A stretch of DNA of 64,000 nucleotides, taken from Microthyrium microscopicum (lineage: Eukaryota). Below the pieces are notes generated by a model that searched no databases, had not been told where the DNA came from, and was given only the letters and a program-made list of their open reading frames with translations. Location: positions 2,127,481-2,191,480 of the forward strand of contig MU004232.1 in the NCBI GenBank assembly GCA_010405405.1, read 5' to 3'. Below, piece by piece: positions 23,973 through 37,712 of the stretch (the first letter of the stretch is position 1; the number at the start of each line of letters is the position of its first letter). Both the position numbers and the translations under genes were made by a program.

Positions 23973-25529
23973 TAGAACTTTCTAGAGAAAATGATACCCA
24001 AAACCATCCTCTAAAAGCAGAAATAGCAGAGCTTTAAGCTTGCACGAGTGGTATGTTACCATGAGTCTGGCAAGACCTTTATGCTGAGATTATGAATTGA
24101 GTGCGAAAGTCTCTGTGATCAACCACAGCCATTGATCAAACGAGCGAAGAAGCCTCCAAAAAAATGCTATGTAGTAAAATGATAATTCATATTGTGCATA
24201 CTAAGTCAACTCACTAGTAGTAAATATCGAACTCTTGAAAAAATTGGTGACTTTGCAGCTACCATACCTGTGATAGTAAATTTGGTGCTTTGTGTCTATC
24301 AAATATGTAAATGCGTGCTCTTTGCCAACGGCAAATATCAATTACGTACTAAATGGGCACGTCGATCTACTTCTTTCTCTTAATGGGTGTTGGTGTCCTT
24401 CTATCCCTGTATACCACTACCAGTATGTAGGTATGTATGAAGCCCTTAGGATCATTTATGTAGGTAGACTACTTTGAGTGCTCTGGACTCTGTAGTAATA
24501 AAAAATGGCGTGGTACTGTACCTACCTGTGCACTGTGGCATCAAAAGTCAATTGATATTTGACTTGTGCTAGTCGACAGCGGCTATGAGCTTCAACGAAT
24601 CATATGTATTACGCCTTACGCATTGGCATCTTGATCCTTGCCGAGCTCTACAGGTACAGTCGTTTGTCTTGGTTTGTGCATTTTTCCATCTTTTCGCCCT
24701 GTCTTCTCTTCTCTTCTCTTTCTTTCAACACCAACTATTACGCCCACGTTGACCATCAGCCTGCCTCAATTGTTCCCAAGAATTCTACTTCATACTGCTG
24801 AAACATCTTCAGTTGCACTTTGACAATTGAGCCGAGTCGAATCCTTTGGGACCCTGTCTTGCCTGTCATCAATCCACGTTTTTGCACGACGTCGGGAGGC
24901 CACACGCTGCAAGCCTGCAAGGTCCCAGATCCCCGCATTTCTTCACCTCAAAGCTGCACGGTTGTGGGTCTTTTTTTCTTTAACCTTTTGGCGATACCGA
25001 TTGTGTACTACTACCTCTTACTTCATCCCAAGTCTTTGTTTGCCTATATTATCGCTATCTTTGTCTGGTAGCTCTCTTATTTCTCTTTCGAGCCGTACGG
25101 TTTCTGCGGTATTTTTTCCCTAAGCGCCTGCCTCGGGGCTTCTTTGTTCTTGCTGCAACCTGACCTTCAACTCGTTGCAGCTAAAGTACTTCCTATTTGG
25201 GCGTCATCAGCATCTCTTTGGTCAATATATCCAAAGTTTTTGAGGTGGAAACTTGTCACTGGCGTGATCTGTGACTATCGTCTATCTACTAGTCAGGTAT
25301 TGATCCTCAATTACGAGTTTCAGTGGTTCAGCCTACCGAATTTTCCGCTCCTTTCCCAACCACCAAGGTCCAAAACTCGTGACCACATCAACAACAATCC
25401 TCGTGACGGCCACTCCCACAACATTCACCCTGGCTCCTATTCAACAGTCGTCTTACATGGTTGCTCTTCCTATCCACTGCATCATCCTTGGATACTCCTT
25501 CTGGGGTGCCATAATCTGAATCTCCAATC

Positions 25530-28467
25530 ATGTCGGACAACTCACCTGTAGCGGGTGACAACCAACTACGCTCAAGGCCCTCGACAACCAAACCCTCGGT
25601 CAACTTCACAGAACCAGAGGAATCAGCCCAAGAGAAAGTCTTGCGTATGAACCAAGATCAGAACAATGTCAAGTCCGGCAAAACATTTGGACGGACACCA
25701 AATGGGACAGTCTTTACCGTTCCTGAGACACATGATATGGTATCGCAATTACTATCTCCAACGCAGCCGAAGAATGCATCAGATATCATTCTTCTCCTCG
25801 TACTAGGACTACATATATCTCTGCTCATATTCCTTCCTGTCTCATGGCGTATACCTGTCATAGCAGTGGTGTATTCCTTTTGGCGATGCGCGTACAATGC
25901 AGGCATAGGATACCTACTTCAAGCCCAGTCCGATGACCGTCGCCTTGTCTGTTGGGCTCGAAAACTTGCAATATTTGAACCTCCAACATCTGGGAAAAAT
26001 CCGCGTCCTTGGCTGTTCAACATTATCAAGCGAGAATTTGAGATCAAACTACCTAAGGACTACAAGATTGAAGATGCCCCCATCGAGTACAACACCTGGC
26101 TCTTGTTTCGCCGCTTGGTTGATCTGATCTTAATGTGCGACTTTGTCTCTTATGTCCTCTTTGCTCTAGCTTGTGCCCACCAGCCAGCCGGAGAAGGAAC
26201 ACTCATGATGCTGGGCCGGTGGTCTTGTGGGATTTTTTTATTCCTGATCAATCTTTGGGTCAAACTTGATGCTCATCGTGTAGTAAAAGACTATGCATGG
26301 TACTGGGGTGATTTCTTTTTCTTGGTTGATCAAGAACTAACCTTTGATGGTGTGTTTGAAATGGCACCACATCCAATGTATTCAATCGGATATGTGGGCT
26401 ATTATGGCATGGCTATGATGGCAGCTAGCTACAAAGTTCTCTTGCTATCGGTCGTTGCTCATTGCGCTCAATTTGCATTCCTCTGGTTTGTTGAAAATCC
26501 TCATATCGAGAAGATTTATAATCCTCCGCCAAAACGCCTTGTGGATGTGCCAGAGATGGAACCTACAGATGAAATCTCGGACAGCGGTAATGTTCATGAT
26601 CATGAAGGCACTCAGCAGCCATCTGCTGTTCACCGAATAATCGGGCTGCAAAACACCGACTTCCATCGTGCAGTGGACATTGCAGTGTTCCTCCTCCAAG
26701 CTCACATGTTCCTTTTGACCATATTCACACCGTCAACCAAATGGTCTCAATTGGCTTTCCTTGTCAATGCCCTATTCTGGCGACTTTGGTTCACGGTTGG
26801 CATTGGCTTCTTGCTCAACATGCAATCTTCAAAGAAATCATGGACTCGTCATTTTATCAAATACGGCGAGGATTCGCATGAGGCATGGAGGCAATGGAAG
26901 GGAATGTACCACATTTCCATGCACATGTGTTATGCTAGTTTCATTGCTGTCGCCTGGAAGTCTTACCATTTGCCCGCAGATTGGAATTATGGCTCAGTCC
27001 TACTCCGTCACGTTCTTGGTGGCTTTTTCATAGCCCTCCATATTTGGACCGTCTTGAGCTGCTACGACTCACTTGGAGAATTCGGCTGGTTTTATGGCGA
27101 CTTCTTCTACGAGCCCAAGGATAAGATCACATATAATGGAATTTATCGTTTCTTAAACAACCCGGAACGCGTACTCGGACTTGCTGGACTATGGGGAGCA
27201 GCCCTCATCACATGGAGCTACGCCATATTTGCACTTGCTTTGATCAGCAATGGTCTAATGTTGGCATTCATCCAGTTTGTAGAGCGTCCGCATATGCAAA
27301 AGCTCTATGGCGAATCACTTCGTGACCAATCTGGTCTGTCCAAGGGTTTCCGGAAATCACTCCCGGAACCACTTGCCAACTGGCAAGAATCTGTTGATCA
27401 GCGTGTGGGCCAGACTACCGACTTCTTCAACGATTTTATGGACACAGCACGACCAAAGCTCGCGGCTGGTGTAACTACCATTGTTCGTGATGCTACATCA
27501 CTCTTCAAGAATTATCCGGCAAAAATTAGCATCACACGAGTAGCGGAGGATATTGCCAAATATGACACTGAGGACTATTCTTTGTCTATTGAAGCGACTC
27601 CCACTTCTCCTCGTGCTGAAGTGGACCGCCGTAGTCGCCGAGAAGGTGAAATTGGCCAACAACCACCAGTTAGAACCAGCCCCTATTCCACCCTACTATT
27701 CGAGTATGGCGCCCCTATCAAGGTCAAATGGACTGCTCCTCTCAACCATGGCAAGAAGGATTGGATTGGACTTTATATGGTGTCAGACAGCCCAGACCGC
27801 CAAATTTCTCGCATCACATCCCGCGGCCGATGGATTGCAACCACTCCTGGCGAATACGATTCTTCTCGTGCCGACTCTGGCATTCTCCAGAGCGATGTCC
27901 TCGTTGCCAAAACCGGCAGCATCAACGAACACTACGAAGGCGAGATGGTGTTCGAAGGTGATAAGCTTTGGTGGACAACCGGAGTCTTCGAATTTCGCTA
28001 TCACCACGATGGCAAGCACAACGTGATGGCCATATCCAACCCCTTTGAGATTCGCATTGGCAAATTTGACGAAGATGATGCCGATCTCGACTCCAACGGC
28101 ACTCTTCGCGGGGCTGTCGAGCAAGCGCTGCTTCCTGTGGTGCGCAACTGTTTTGATCGTGATCCAGAGATTGCACCAAACACTGTCGATCAAGCATTTG
28201 GAGGCCTTGTCGAGCGCGATGGAAAGTTCACTAACCGTGTTTCTTTTGCCATCCAGCAAATGTTTACGATTGACCTGTCGTCTGAGGTCGTCAAAGCAGA
28301 TGGAAATATCAAGAATTTAGCTTGGCGAATTTGCAACGCCAAAAAGGTTTTGGTAAGTCTTTATACCCCTATTTCGCTGAAGAATGGGCACTGATTGTAT
28401 CCAGGAACCGTACAGTCTAACGAACACGCAATCGGGGCGAGCTACACCACGAGAAACCAAATGGTAG
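25530..28467 (+). CDS. CHO2: Phosphatidylethanolamine N-methyltransferase
   Basis: [70 protein letters not shown]; intron 28353-28404. Confidence 0.96.
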
Positions 28468-28754
28468 TCTCTTTGCTTGGTATCAAGAAACCTCGAACAC
28501 ACCAAAATCGCAAGTATACATTTCTCCTAGAACAATTATGGGATAAGCGATTTTTTCTCGGTGGCAACATTTTGTCTTTAAGCATATATTCAGAAACTGT
28601 TAGCAATGTTTGAACATTTCCATTACGGCTACTGGCAACATGTAAGGAACATCATATTATACCCAGAAAATGCATAAAAGCGCACTGGAGCTTATTATAT
28701 ATAGAGATAATGAAGGTGACTTTACTTTTGATCTAAACCTCCATATGTCCAATA

Positions 28755-29630
28755 CTACCAAGCCTGTATCATGTTTGCCCGAATAACCTTTGCTGTATTA
28801 TGATCATGCTTTCCTTCAATCACATCACGAATGAAATTTCCGCCCTCAGAAGGATCTCTTGCACCCATCTAATACAAGTTAGCTTTCAGAACCTCTTGAA
28901 CAGTCGAAAAAAGATTACTTACCTTCTTGAGTGCCTCTCCCCCAATACCAGCAAGCCCAGTAGCCAGAAAGCCAGGCGAAATAGCCCAAACCTTGACCCC
29001 ATCATTCTTCAAAGTCCTCGCCCACTGCGTCATCAACATATTCAAACCCACCTTACTGCTCCGATACCCCGTAATAGGATTCGGTCCCTGCGGCTTAGGC
29101 CATCCTGCCTCTGGACTCGCATTGATACGCTTGCCAACGTCCGTTTCATGGTCTTCAGTCTCGGTAATACACGCCGTCCCGCTCGTGATGAACAGGAGCC
29201 GTGGATCGGAAGACTTGAGCAGCAACGGTGCCGCTTCATGCGTGAGCACATGTGTGCCCGATACATTGACATCCCACATGGTGTTGAAAGCCTCACGGAT
29301 AGTCATGCGTCCAGCATCGCTTTCGGGTTCGTAGTTGCCGCCGGCATTGTTGACGAGAATGTCTAGACGCCCGAACTTGGATTGGATGGTGGAGACTGCT
29401 TTGCTGATGGAGTCGTCGGAGGATACGTCGACTTGTATGACGTTTAGAGTGCTGGGGGAGTTGGGGATTTCTTTCTTGACGAGGTCGGCGGCTTGGTCGC
29501 CTTTGCTGATTGTTCGTGTGCCGATTATGATTTCATAGGGGATGGTGGTTTTGTAGAGCGCTTTGACGACTTCGAGACCGAGGCCAGTATTGGCGCCGGT
29601 TATGAAGACTACTTTCTTGTCTGAGGACAT
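28755..29630 (-). CDS. Short-chain dehydrogenase/reductase
   Basis: ITGANTGLG, LVNNAG, YRSSK, SPGFLAT; intron 28869-28922. Confidence 0.9.
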
Positions 29631-30138
29631 GATTCAGTGATGATGGTTGAGGTTTAAATAATTGGAGAGTTATCGCAGCTGTTGATTTCAGGGGTCGAGC
29701 TGTGCCTTTTGTCATGAGTGATAAGTGATGAGAGCAATATCGGGCTCGACGAGCCTTTTATACACAATATCTTATACAATCCTGCTTGTACGCGTTTTAC
29801 CACTGGGATCGTTTTTGGAGACTATATCCGGACCGCTGAATCGACAACTTTGGAGATAGGGTACAGACCTATTCACGCTAAGTGGGCTACGCGGAGTTTG
29901 GAGTCGCATTCATGTGCAAAAACTCCGCCCGGCCAGAGTCTATGACAACTCACTACCTGACCATCGTTATTAGCGCGATTATTAAAAATGCAGTCCAGTT
30001 TGCCAACTAAAGTCTTGATGTTTTAGCTACTTTGTTTCATAGGCGCAGGGGAGGTATCATCTTTTGCAGAAAGACTTTGAGGTTGTTCAGGAAATGTATA
30101 ATATTTGTACAGATAAAGGGGTATAGAAAGACTTCAAA

Positions 30139-32512
30139 TTATGACACTTCCTTCGCGATTTCGCTTTTGACCCAATTCTCAAGCCCACCTTTAGCGATTA
30201 TCTCTTGCACATTTGGAGGAAGCTCGCCAACAGGCTGTGTCCACTTCTCACCACCTTCACCCTCTTGTACAGTTACTTGACTTCTCCTTACGTCCCACTC
30301 GAGTGTCCAGCCAGTTCTTCGAGACAGGTTCTTGTTGGATTCCGAGCTAAATGCTTCCCGAAGTCTCTGTACCAGTTTCGGTACTTCAAGGCCCATAAGA
30401 GCATTGTTTATACTGTTTCTGCTGAAAATGTTGCCAAAGCTTCCTGCAACTACTAGTGGAATTTCTTTGGCCAGAATTGCCGTCGCTGCTTGTTCGCGAC
30501 TTGAGCCGCAACCAAAATTGTATCCAGATACTAGAATATCGCCCTTCTTTGCGATTGAAGCGAAAGCAGTATCGTAATTTTCCATAACAACCTCTGCCAT
30601 CTTGGAACGTGGGACATCATCCTGATATGTGTACTTTCCAGGGTAGATCGCATCAGTATTGACGTTGTCTGCATCACAGAAGATTATTTCTCCGGAGACC
30701 CTCTCAGGAAACCCAGGAAGAACTTCGGTAAGTGATGTGGATTTGGTAGAGTCTTTCGACTTTGCTGTAGCGTCACCAACACCCGCTGCTATTATTCCAT
30801 CGAACTTGCCGATTATGTTGGATAGCGTGTCGTGCACACTGAGAGGTTCGAATGGCTCGCCTTCCCGAGTTTCTACTCCTGTCCAGCCAGTGGGTTTCTG
30901 ATACCAGCCTGGGCCAGTCATTTTACCAGCAAGAGCACTTGCAGCTACTACCTCGGGGCTAGCAAGATATGCCTTGGCATCAGTCGATCCCATTCTGCCC
31001 TTGAAGTTGCGATTGCTCGCGCTAATTCCAACTTCACCTGGTTCTAGCAGACCGGTTCCCAGTCCAATGCAGGGGCCACACCCGGATGGTAGTGGTTGAG
31101 CACCGGCTTCCAAAAGCGCCTGCCAATCACCTTGTTCCTCCGCGGCTTGCTGTTCAGGTAGAGATGCGGCGGCAATGTAAAACTTGACGTGGCTGGGAAT
31201 CTGAGGAATCTTTCCATTGTTGGAGGCTGCTGCATCTTTGAAGACTTTCGCTGCCGCAGCCAAGTCTGATCGTCGACTATTTGTGCATGATACGAGATAA
31301 GCTTTATCTACCTTGATATTCTGGGCCTCCAGCTCGTGCAGTGGTGTCGCAACTTTGACAGAATTGGGTCCGGCTACGTAGGGAGAGAGAGAATCAAGAT
31401 CCAGAGTCAGTTGCTTAGCATAGCTTGCACCAGTGTCGGCCTTCATTGGATTTTCAAGGAGGGTGTCTAGAGCTTGGTGATTGAAACGCGTAACGCCACT
31501 AGAGGTTGAGAGCTCGGCGCTCTCATAGAGAGCAAATTCAGTTGCCTTTGCGCGTAGCCATCCTTTGAGAATGGAATCGATCGGGAATAGCCCCGACAAT
31601 GCTCCCCATTCTGTTGTCATGTTTGCGATTGTCAGTCGGTCGTCAACAGGAAGACTTCTGAGGGTGTCTTCTGAGCCAGTGAATTCGATAGCATGATTTA
31701 GGACCTCATCATTCTTGAACAGCCCGCATAGAGCAACAATAACGTCTTTTCCGGTTACGCCCTTGGGTAAAACACCAGTAAAGGTAACCTTGGCTACCGG
31801 AGGAATCTGCCACCAAGTCTTTCCAGTTGCCCATATGCTTGCAGCGTCGGTTCGTACAATGGGAGTTCCAAGGCAGCCGACACCACCATACATGTTCGTA
31901 TGACTATCAGAGGCTACAGCAAGAGTTCCGGGCCATGCATAGCCTTCTTCAACCATGATCTGATGCCCAATTCCTATTCTTTATTAGCCTTAGTGCTTAA
32001 TCGCGTTGTTTCAACGTACCTCGACCGGCCGGATAGAAATCAACCCCATGAGTTTGAGCAAACTGCTCAATGTTCTTATACTTTTTCAGGTTCTTTTCTC
32101 CTTTGTTTTGTACATCGTGGTCCAAGGTCATAACCAATTGCCTCGAGTTTGCGATTTTGGTTGCTCCAATACCCATGAATTTGGTAGCCACAGGCCACGT
32201 GTTATCATGTGTCATACATCTTGCAGGTTTGATAGTAACATAATCTCCAGATCGCACGTATTTTCCTTCAGGCAATCCAACAGCAAACTTTTGCACAATC
32301 TTCTCCGTCAAGGTCTGTGGGTTGGCACTTGGAGTAAGGGTCGAATTGAGGAATGACGCAGCAGAAGGATCGTTCAATTGGGAATGGAAGGCATCAACAG
32401 ATTGCCATCGACGCTGAGACAACAAAGATAGTGGAACACGGTTCAATTGTATGGTACGTCGAGGTAGGAGTTGGTAGGCTTGTCGTCGAAGAAGGCGTGA
32501 TGGAAAAGCCAT
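30139..32512 (-). CDS. LYS4: Mitochondrial homoaconitase
   Basis: Arg-rich presequence; [56 protein letters not shown]; intron 31974-32019. Confidence 0.96.
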
Positions 32513-34415
32513 GGCGGCGAGGGAAAGTTTGGGAGTCGCCTTTACATAGACAATGTTTCGCGCCAGCACCGGTAGCTCGAAGAAATACGATTAAAGATCT
32601 CGAATTGTCATGAAGCTGGATTAAACACGGGAGAGTGGAGTCAAAAAATAATAACCTTGGAATTATTTTCTGCTCAACGCTGATTGATTCATGACCGCCG
32701 AGATCGCAACCGTCAGGGCCGAGATTAGATCATTTAATCAGCCCGATCTTTGGCTGCTGTCGGCCCAAGTCGGCATCAATATTTTTGGTCATGTTGTGAA
32801 GCACGAACACACGAACATTGAAGACAACAACATCTGCTTATCCGTGCCCCATTTTGTTTCTCAATTTGTTCGCCATGATTCATCTTACGTCTGCGATTGA
32901 TCGCACTCACCGCTGTGGCCTATGGCTTTCCACCTGTGTTTGACAGCACTCCGGCCTTGAGCTTTGTAACTATGAGACCCATCGTCTTTGCTACTGATAC
33001 AGAGAGTCCTGTTCCGGGTCTTGTAGCTGCCGTATCCCATCTGGCTACTCGAGCATTAGACGAGAGAAAGTGGATTCGACTGCCACCAACGGCCCGAATT
33101 TCAAGATTCACGATGCACTACAATGCGTTGACATAGGAATGCAGGCGGACCTCCCGACCGAAAAAGCACTGGGTAACTTGGTGGTTTTGAAGCTTGACTA
33201 CAGTTTGCTTCTTATCTCAACTTGTACTATTATTCCAAATCGCTGTCAGTGGGCTTCTTGTCCAGTCCCAGCAGTCGTTCTACGGAAACAAATGGCCCCT
33301 GCGCCTGTCACTTCCCAGATCCGAACGCTCCTTGAATACCATCAGAGCTAGGATATGATGCTTATTTCGCCGTCAAAGCTGGGGACTTGGCCAATTTCGA
33401 CTCTCCAGCCTTTCTTTTCAAAGGCCGGGGTCCCTAGGAAAGTCTGAGACGTGCTTTTTGGTGGGGTGAGCCATCATTCACATTTCGTTGACTTGGAAGA
33501 TGTGGGAGGGTCTCCGTGCGTGTTTCAGGGCTCCAAGCAACCTCATGCATGATACACCTCTAGCACTGGTACGACAACTCCCCGTGGCCGACGACTTTGT
33601 TTCAACCAATATTGCTCGCAATTGGACTGCCAACTTCTTTCTGTCTGTTTTCGGAGAGATGGGAAATGGCCCAATTTCGCCTCTGTAGTCAGACCACCTA
33701 AATGGGTCAAGGTGGATGACTCTAGGTTCGTATTGTCCCGGCAAGTTACCCTTCCATTTGCGATATACAGGTACCCGAGTACCGTATTACAGTACTTTCT
33801 TGATACACAAATGGTTAAACCAGTAGAGACAGCTCGACCGTGATGTGCCTGAGCAGGTACAGAACTTGACGTGAAAATCAAGAGCTTAGAAACTCCATAA
33901 CGAACTTTGCATGACAGATATCTGGGGCTAGAGAAGCGCCACTCGGAACCCTATAGCTATTCTCGACCTGGATGTACCCCAGGCTGCGATACTTGCAGTT
34001 CAGGTGCACGAATGAAACCTCTAGGCCAAGACGAGAGGAAACAACAGATTGATTTTGATACTTCCTATACTGTGAGAGAAGGCCTGTGGCCGTATGTTCC
34101 CCGCTAGCAACTTAATGGCTTGGATATGCATGTGCTTCCTGGTCCAGCCTTGCCTCCCTGGCCTCGCCAGACATCAATCCCCCTTTAAACCCTTCTTCAC
34201 TACGAGTGGGAGATCTTTAGGGATAACCTACGCCATTCGACCCAACGTTCACTAACCCTTCAACATTCATAGAGTCGAAAACCGAAATATTAGTTCAATG
34301 ACTTCTCAAGTTCAACAATTACTGAGGAGCCATTTCAATCCCCACCAATGAATTGACCGACAATCCAAAGCCAATCCTTTACTGGACTACACTTGATTGA
34401 ACAAATAAAAAGAAG

Positions 34416-36645
34416 ATGGGGGAGCAACCTTCCAAAATGCCACCTCCAAATTTTGACCCGACGAATCCTCAAATTCCAGGAGTCAGCAGTACCTATTCGG
34501 CCTTGGATTTGGATGATGCTACAGTCACTGAAGGATTGCGATCGATATTAAAAGGTTCCACTCTTGAGACGGTCTCGGAACAACGAGATGTACGCATAGG
34601 AATAGGTGCTGTGAGCTCCATGCTTGCAATCTATGTCATATTTCGAATATGGAGAGATAGTTGGAGAGCCTCTCAACTGGCTCCGCAACAACCCAAAACA
34701 GGGTGAGTCGTTCTATTACTGTATATTGATGCAAATGCTGACTCGAATCAGGCGGTTTGCATATCTATGGGAAATACATCCCGCCGAGACCTTTCCATTA
34801 ATCCTAGGCTTTGCAATTCTTGGTTCTAGCCTGACGATGATTATAATTGAAGCTGGAGCTCTGAGTACGATTGCAGTAGAGAATTGTAAGGACACAGGAA
34901 TCATTGGAGTTCCAAGTAAGAAATAAAACCTACCAAGTTATGTATGAGCTAGACTGACTGATATTAGTTGTTCTTACCTTTGCATTCCTTCACTTCGTTT
35001 TTGGCCTAGAAACTACGATTCGTTACCTACGCCGGAATACACCAATCAGCCAGCGGTACAGATTCAGTATTCCGGTCAACCTCGCTGCATTTGGTGTTTT
35101 GGAACTAATCACCTTGATTGTGGCGAAAGAAGTTGGTGACGATGCCGACAAATGCTTTGGTAACATAGTCACTCGCGCAGCTTCCTTGGATCTCAATCGG
35201 GGTATCATTGGAGTTCTCGGTATTGTCATGATCTCATTATTGACCATGGCTACAATCATCGCTCTACAATTGCTTCGGACCATTCACTTGGATCCAGCGG
35301 AACGAATTGCTGGAAGTCGCATGGTTTACTATCTCGTAGCAACTACTGTTCTCGAGGTAAGTCACTCCATTCAAATTCTTGTTATACGATACTAATGTAA
35401 TAGGCTTTCATCATTCCATTCTTCGTTCAAGATTATCTCGGAACCCTCGATGATGACTTTACATCTGCGACTATTGCAGAATACGTCTTGTTTTCATCAG
35501 GAGCAGTGCTCACTTTCTTGCATCTATTTTTACGAGCAAATGCGGCCATGACTGCTATTAAAGCAAGAGAGACGACATGGCACACCCCAAGACGCTTAAG
35601 ATTCTGGGGACCAAATGATCTGGAGGTCATGAACATAAGTCCGCCTCTCAATCTCGTCAATCCATCCTTTCGACCCGACGAAAAGATTGACGAACTGTGC
35701 CACAAAACCCAAAGAGGAAGTCCTCCAACTCCCAAAACACCACTTACAAACTTCTCTTATCCCCAAAAATCTCTCTTATCGAAATCCTCAAGTCTAAAGC
35801 TTCGACGCATTGACACAGAGAATGACCTTCCTCCACTTCCTCCTACACCTATTTCTCAACAGTCATCACCTGTCGCACAGATGAAATCACCTGTCGCGCA
35901 AATAAGATCGCCGAGCTCTCAAATCAACTCTAACCATGCAAGAAAAAAGAGCTATGTTCTTTTCCCTGGCGAGGATGACATAAAACTCCCAGCTACAGTA
36001 TATAGTCCTCCAAGCCTGACAAGCCGTACGAACCCTTTTCGACCTGTTCTTAAGGTCCAAACTGGACCACAAACGCAACCAATACAAGGCCCTTTCACAG
36101 CGCCATCAGGAATATTGGGTGGTCCTTTGACCGCGCCATCGGTGACTGATATCAGACAAGCTACGTTAGAAGCCAATGGAGGCCTGCAACCACCTGGCGC
36201 TCCTTGGATGCTCCATCGAAGAGGAAGCAGCACAGATAGCACAGCAACAGTCCAAATAGGAATCAGACTATCAAACGCCGGAAGTGGGGTTTTCCAAAGA
36301 TCGCAAAGCTTTCTTCCTCTACCCAGAATGGGCGAAATGCCCGAGAGTCGACCTGGCTCGAGACTACGAAACCCATTCGACAATGATTTCTCAAATGGCT
36401 TCCAAGCCCAGGTCCGCGATGCAACAGGCCGTGATCTTAACTCTTTCCAATGGATTGACACACCTAGCGACGAATCACCACCAGCTGTGGATAACGGTCT
36501 GCTTCTTCTTCAGCCCACCACTTATACACCGCCGCTCGCTGCAGCCCGAAGGCGACCAGCGTTGGTTCAAGGCTCCATTATAACATCAACTTCCGCATCA
36601 TTTGGGAACACTGCTCCAGAGACGGAATCGCGAGATCGTCGTTAG
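34416..36645 (+). CDS. Seven-transmembrane (GPCR-like) orphan protein with long Ser/Pro-rich tail, 4 exons
   Basis: Introns 34703-34751, 34916-34967 and 35357-35403 join the ORFs in frame; seven hydrophobic segments counted by eye. Confidence 0.75.
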
Positions 36646-37712
36646 CTTTATACACTGCTCTTTTTTACCTCTGCCATATACTCCGTCCCATTATGGAACT
36701 CGTAAATGTAAATATAAAATGCTTGATATTTGGAAAAGAGATGCTACAGCCATTTGGCCAGCATGAAGGATTTGCCGCATGGTTTACGGAAAGATGGGAC
36801 CACGCATTGCCCATCATGTATTTTCAGCCTTGCTCAGACCAGCAGTCTCGTTTTATATCTGACATCTATACCAAAACTACTACAGTCTATTCAACTGCCA
36901 CACTCTGCCCATTATTACCGAATCTAGCCTGAAACAAAATCTCAGCATATCTGCTCCATAAATCTAAATCATTGCATACAAGATACAATCCTCTCTCGCC
37001 CGCAATTGCCTACCAGGTCCATAATTTCTCGCGCGAGACTACGGAGCCTTTCCCCGCGAAGCTTGAGCTCCACCCCGGTCAACAGAACTGCTTGTCTGGC
37101 ATGTCATGAAGAGCCATTCAATGCTTCTGTATCGCACAACCTTTGGCATCAATGATCTAGGATCGTCTGACAATGGATGTCGATCAGGCTGGGCAATTCC
37201 ACCGCCCTTGTTAACTTTCCCATGCAGCTCCGGACAGAGGCTGCTGCGACATGATGTCGTACGCAAGCGGGGCATAAGGCGAAAATGCTGGGTTTGAATG
37301 ACCCGTTCCACCGAATGGTAGGCTTCTAGAAAACCGTTATTGGGCGACCTGTGATTATGGTGTTTACGTTAGAGGAGGGGTTGGTTGTTAGTTTCATTGG
37401 TATTTAAGTTGGCTTGGTCCCGGTTCTTGGAGCTTTTTGGACTGTTGTGATTGATATACTCATTGTCGAAGCATAGTAGTCTTAGAGTCAGTATATTTCT
37501 TTACATATGTTGATGATGGGAGTAATATATACTAATGTACTGCGATAGTATACTTATTGCCAATCATCACTTCCTATACAATATCATCTCATTGTAATCA
37601 TCCTTCGATCTACTGCGCATAGTACGGTTCCGGCATCACACAGCTGATATCAACACCAACTTTGCCCGAGACATATTCTCATCTCTCTATAACGTTCGAC
37701 TAATCAGACAAA

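Noticed and set aside
12816..29630. Possible secondary-metabolite cluster (Zn2Cys6 TF, two SDRs, radical SAM)
   Set aside because: No PKS, NRPS or terpene backbone gene or transporter, and interleaved with housekeeping genes (GCN3, CHO2)
33389..33690. Imperfect direct repeat CCAATTTCG(A/C)CTCT near 33391 and 33671
   Set aside because: Only about 14 nt and two copies; could be CCAAT boxes or chance; no sign of a mobile element
33429..33698. GTCCCTAGGAAAGTCTGAGAC with a complementary TCAGAC about 250 nt downstream, reminiscent of the RNase P RNA P4 helix
   Set aside because: Resembles the vertebrate rather than the fungal motif as I recall it; other conserved regions and a P1 stem are not evident, and an internal T5 run is present. 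An Infernal/Rfam search would settle it.
34250..34261. CTAACCCT, telomerase-template-like
   Set aside because: Incomplete match of only 8 nt, expected by chance, and lies in the probable 5' leader of the 7-TM gene
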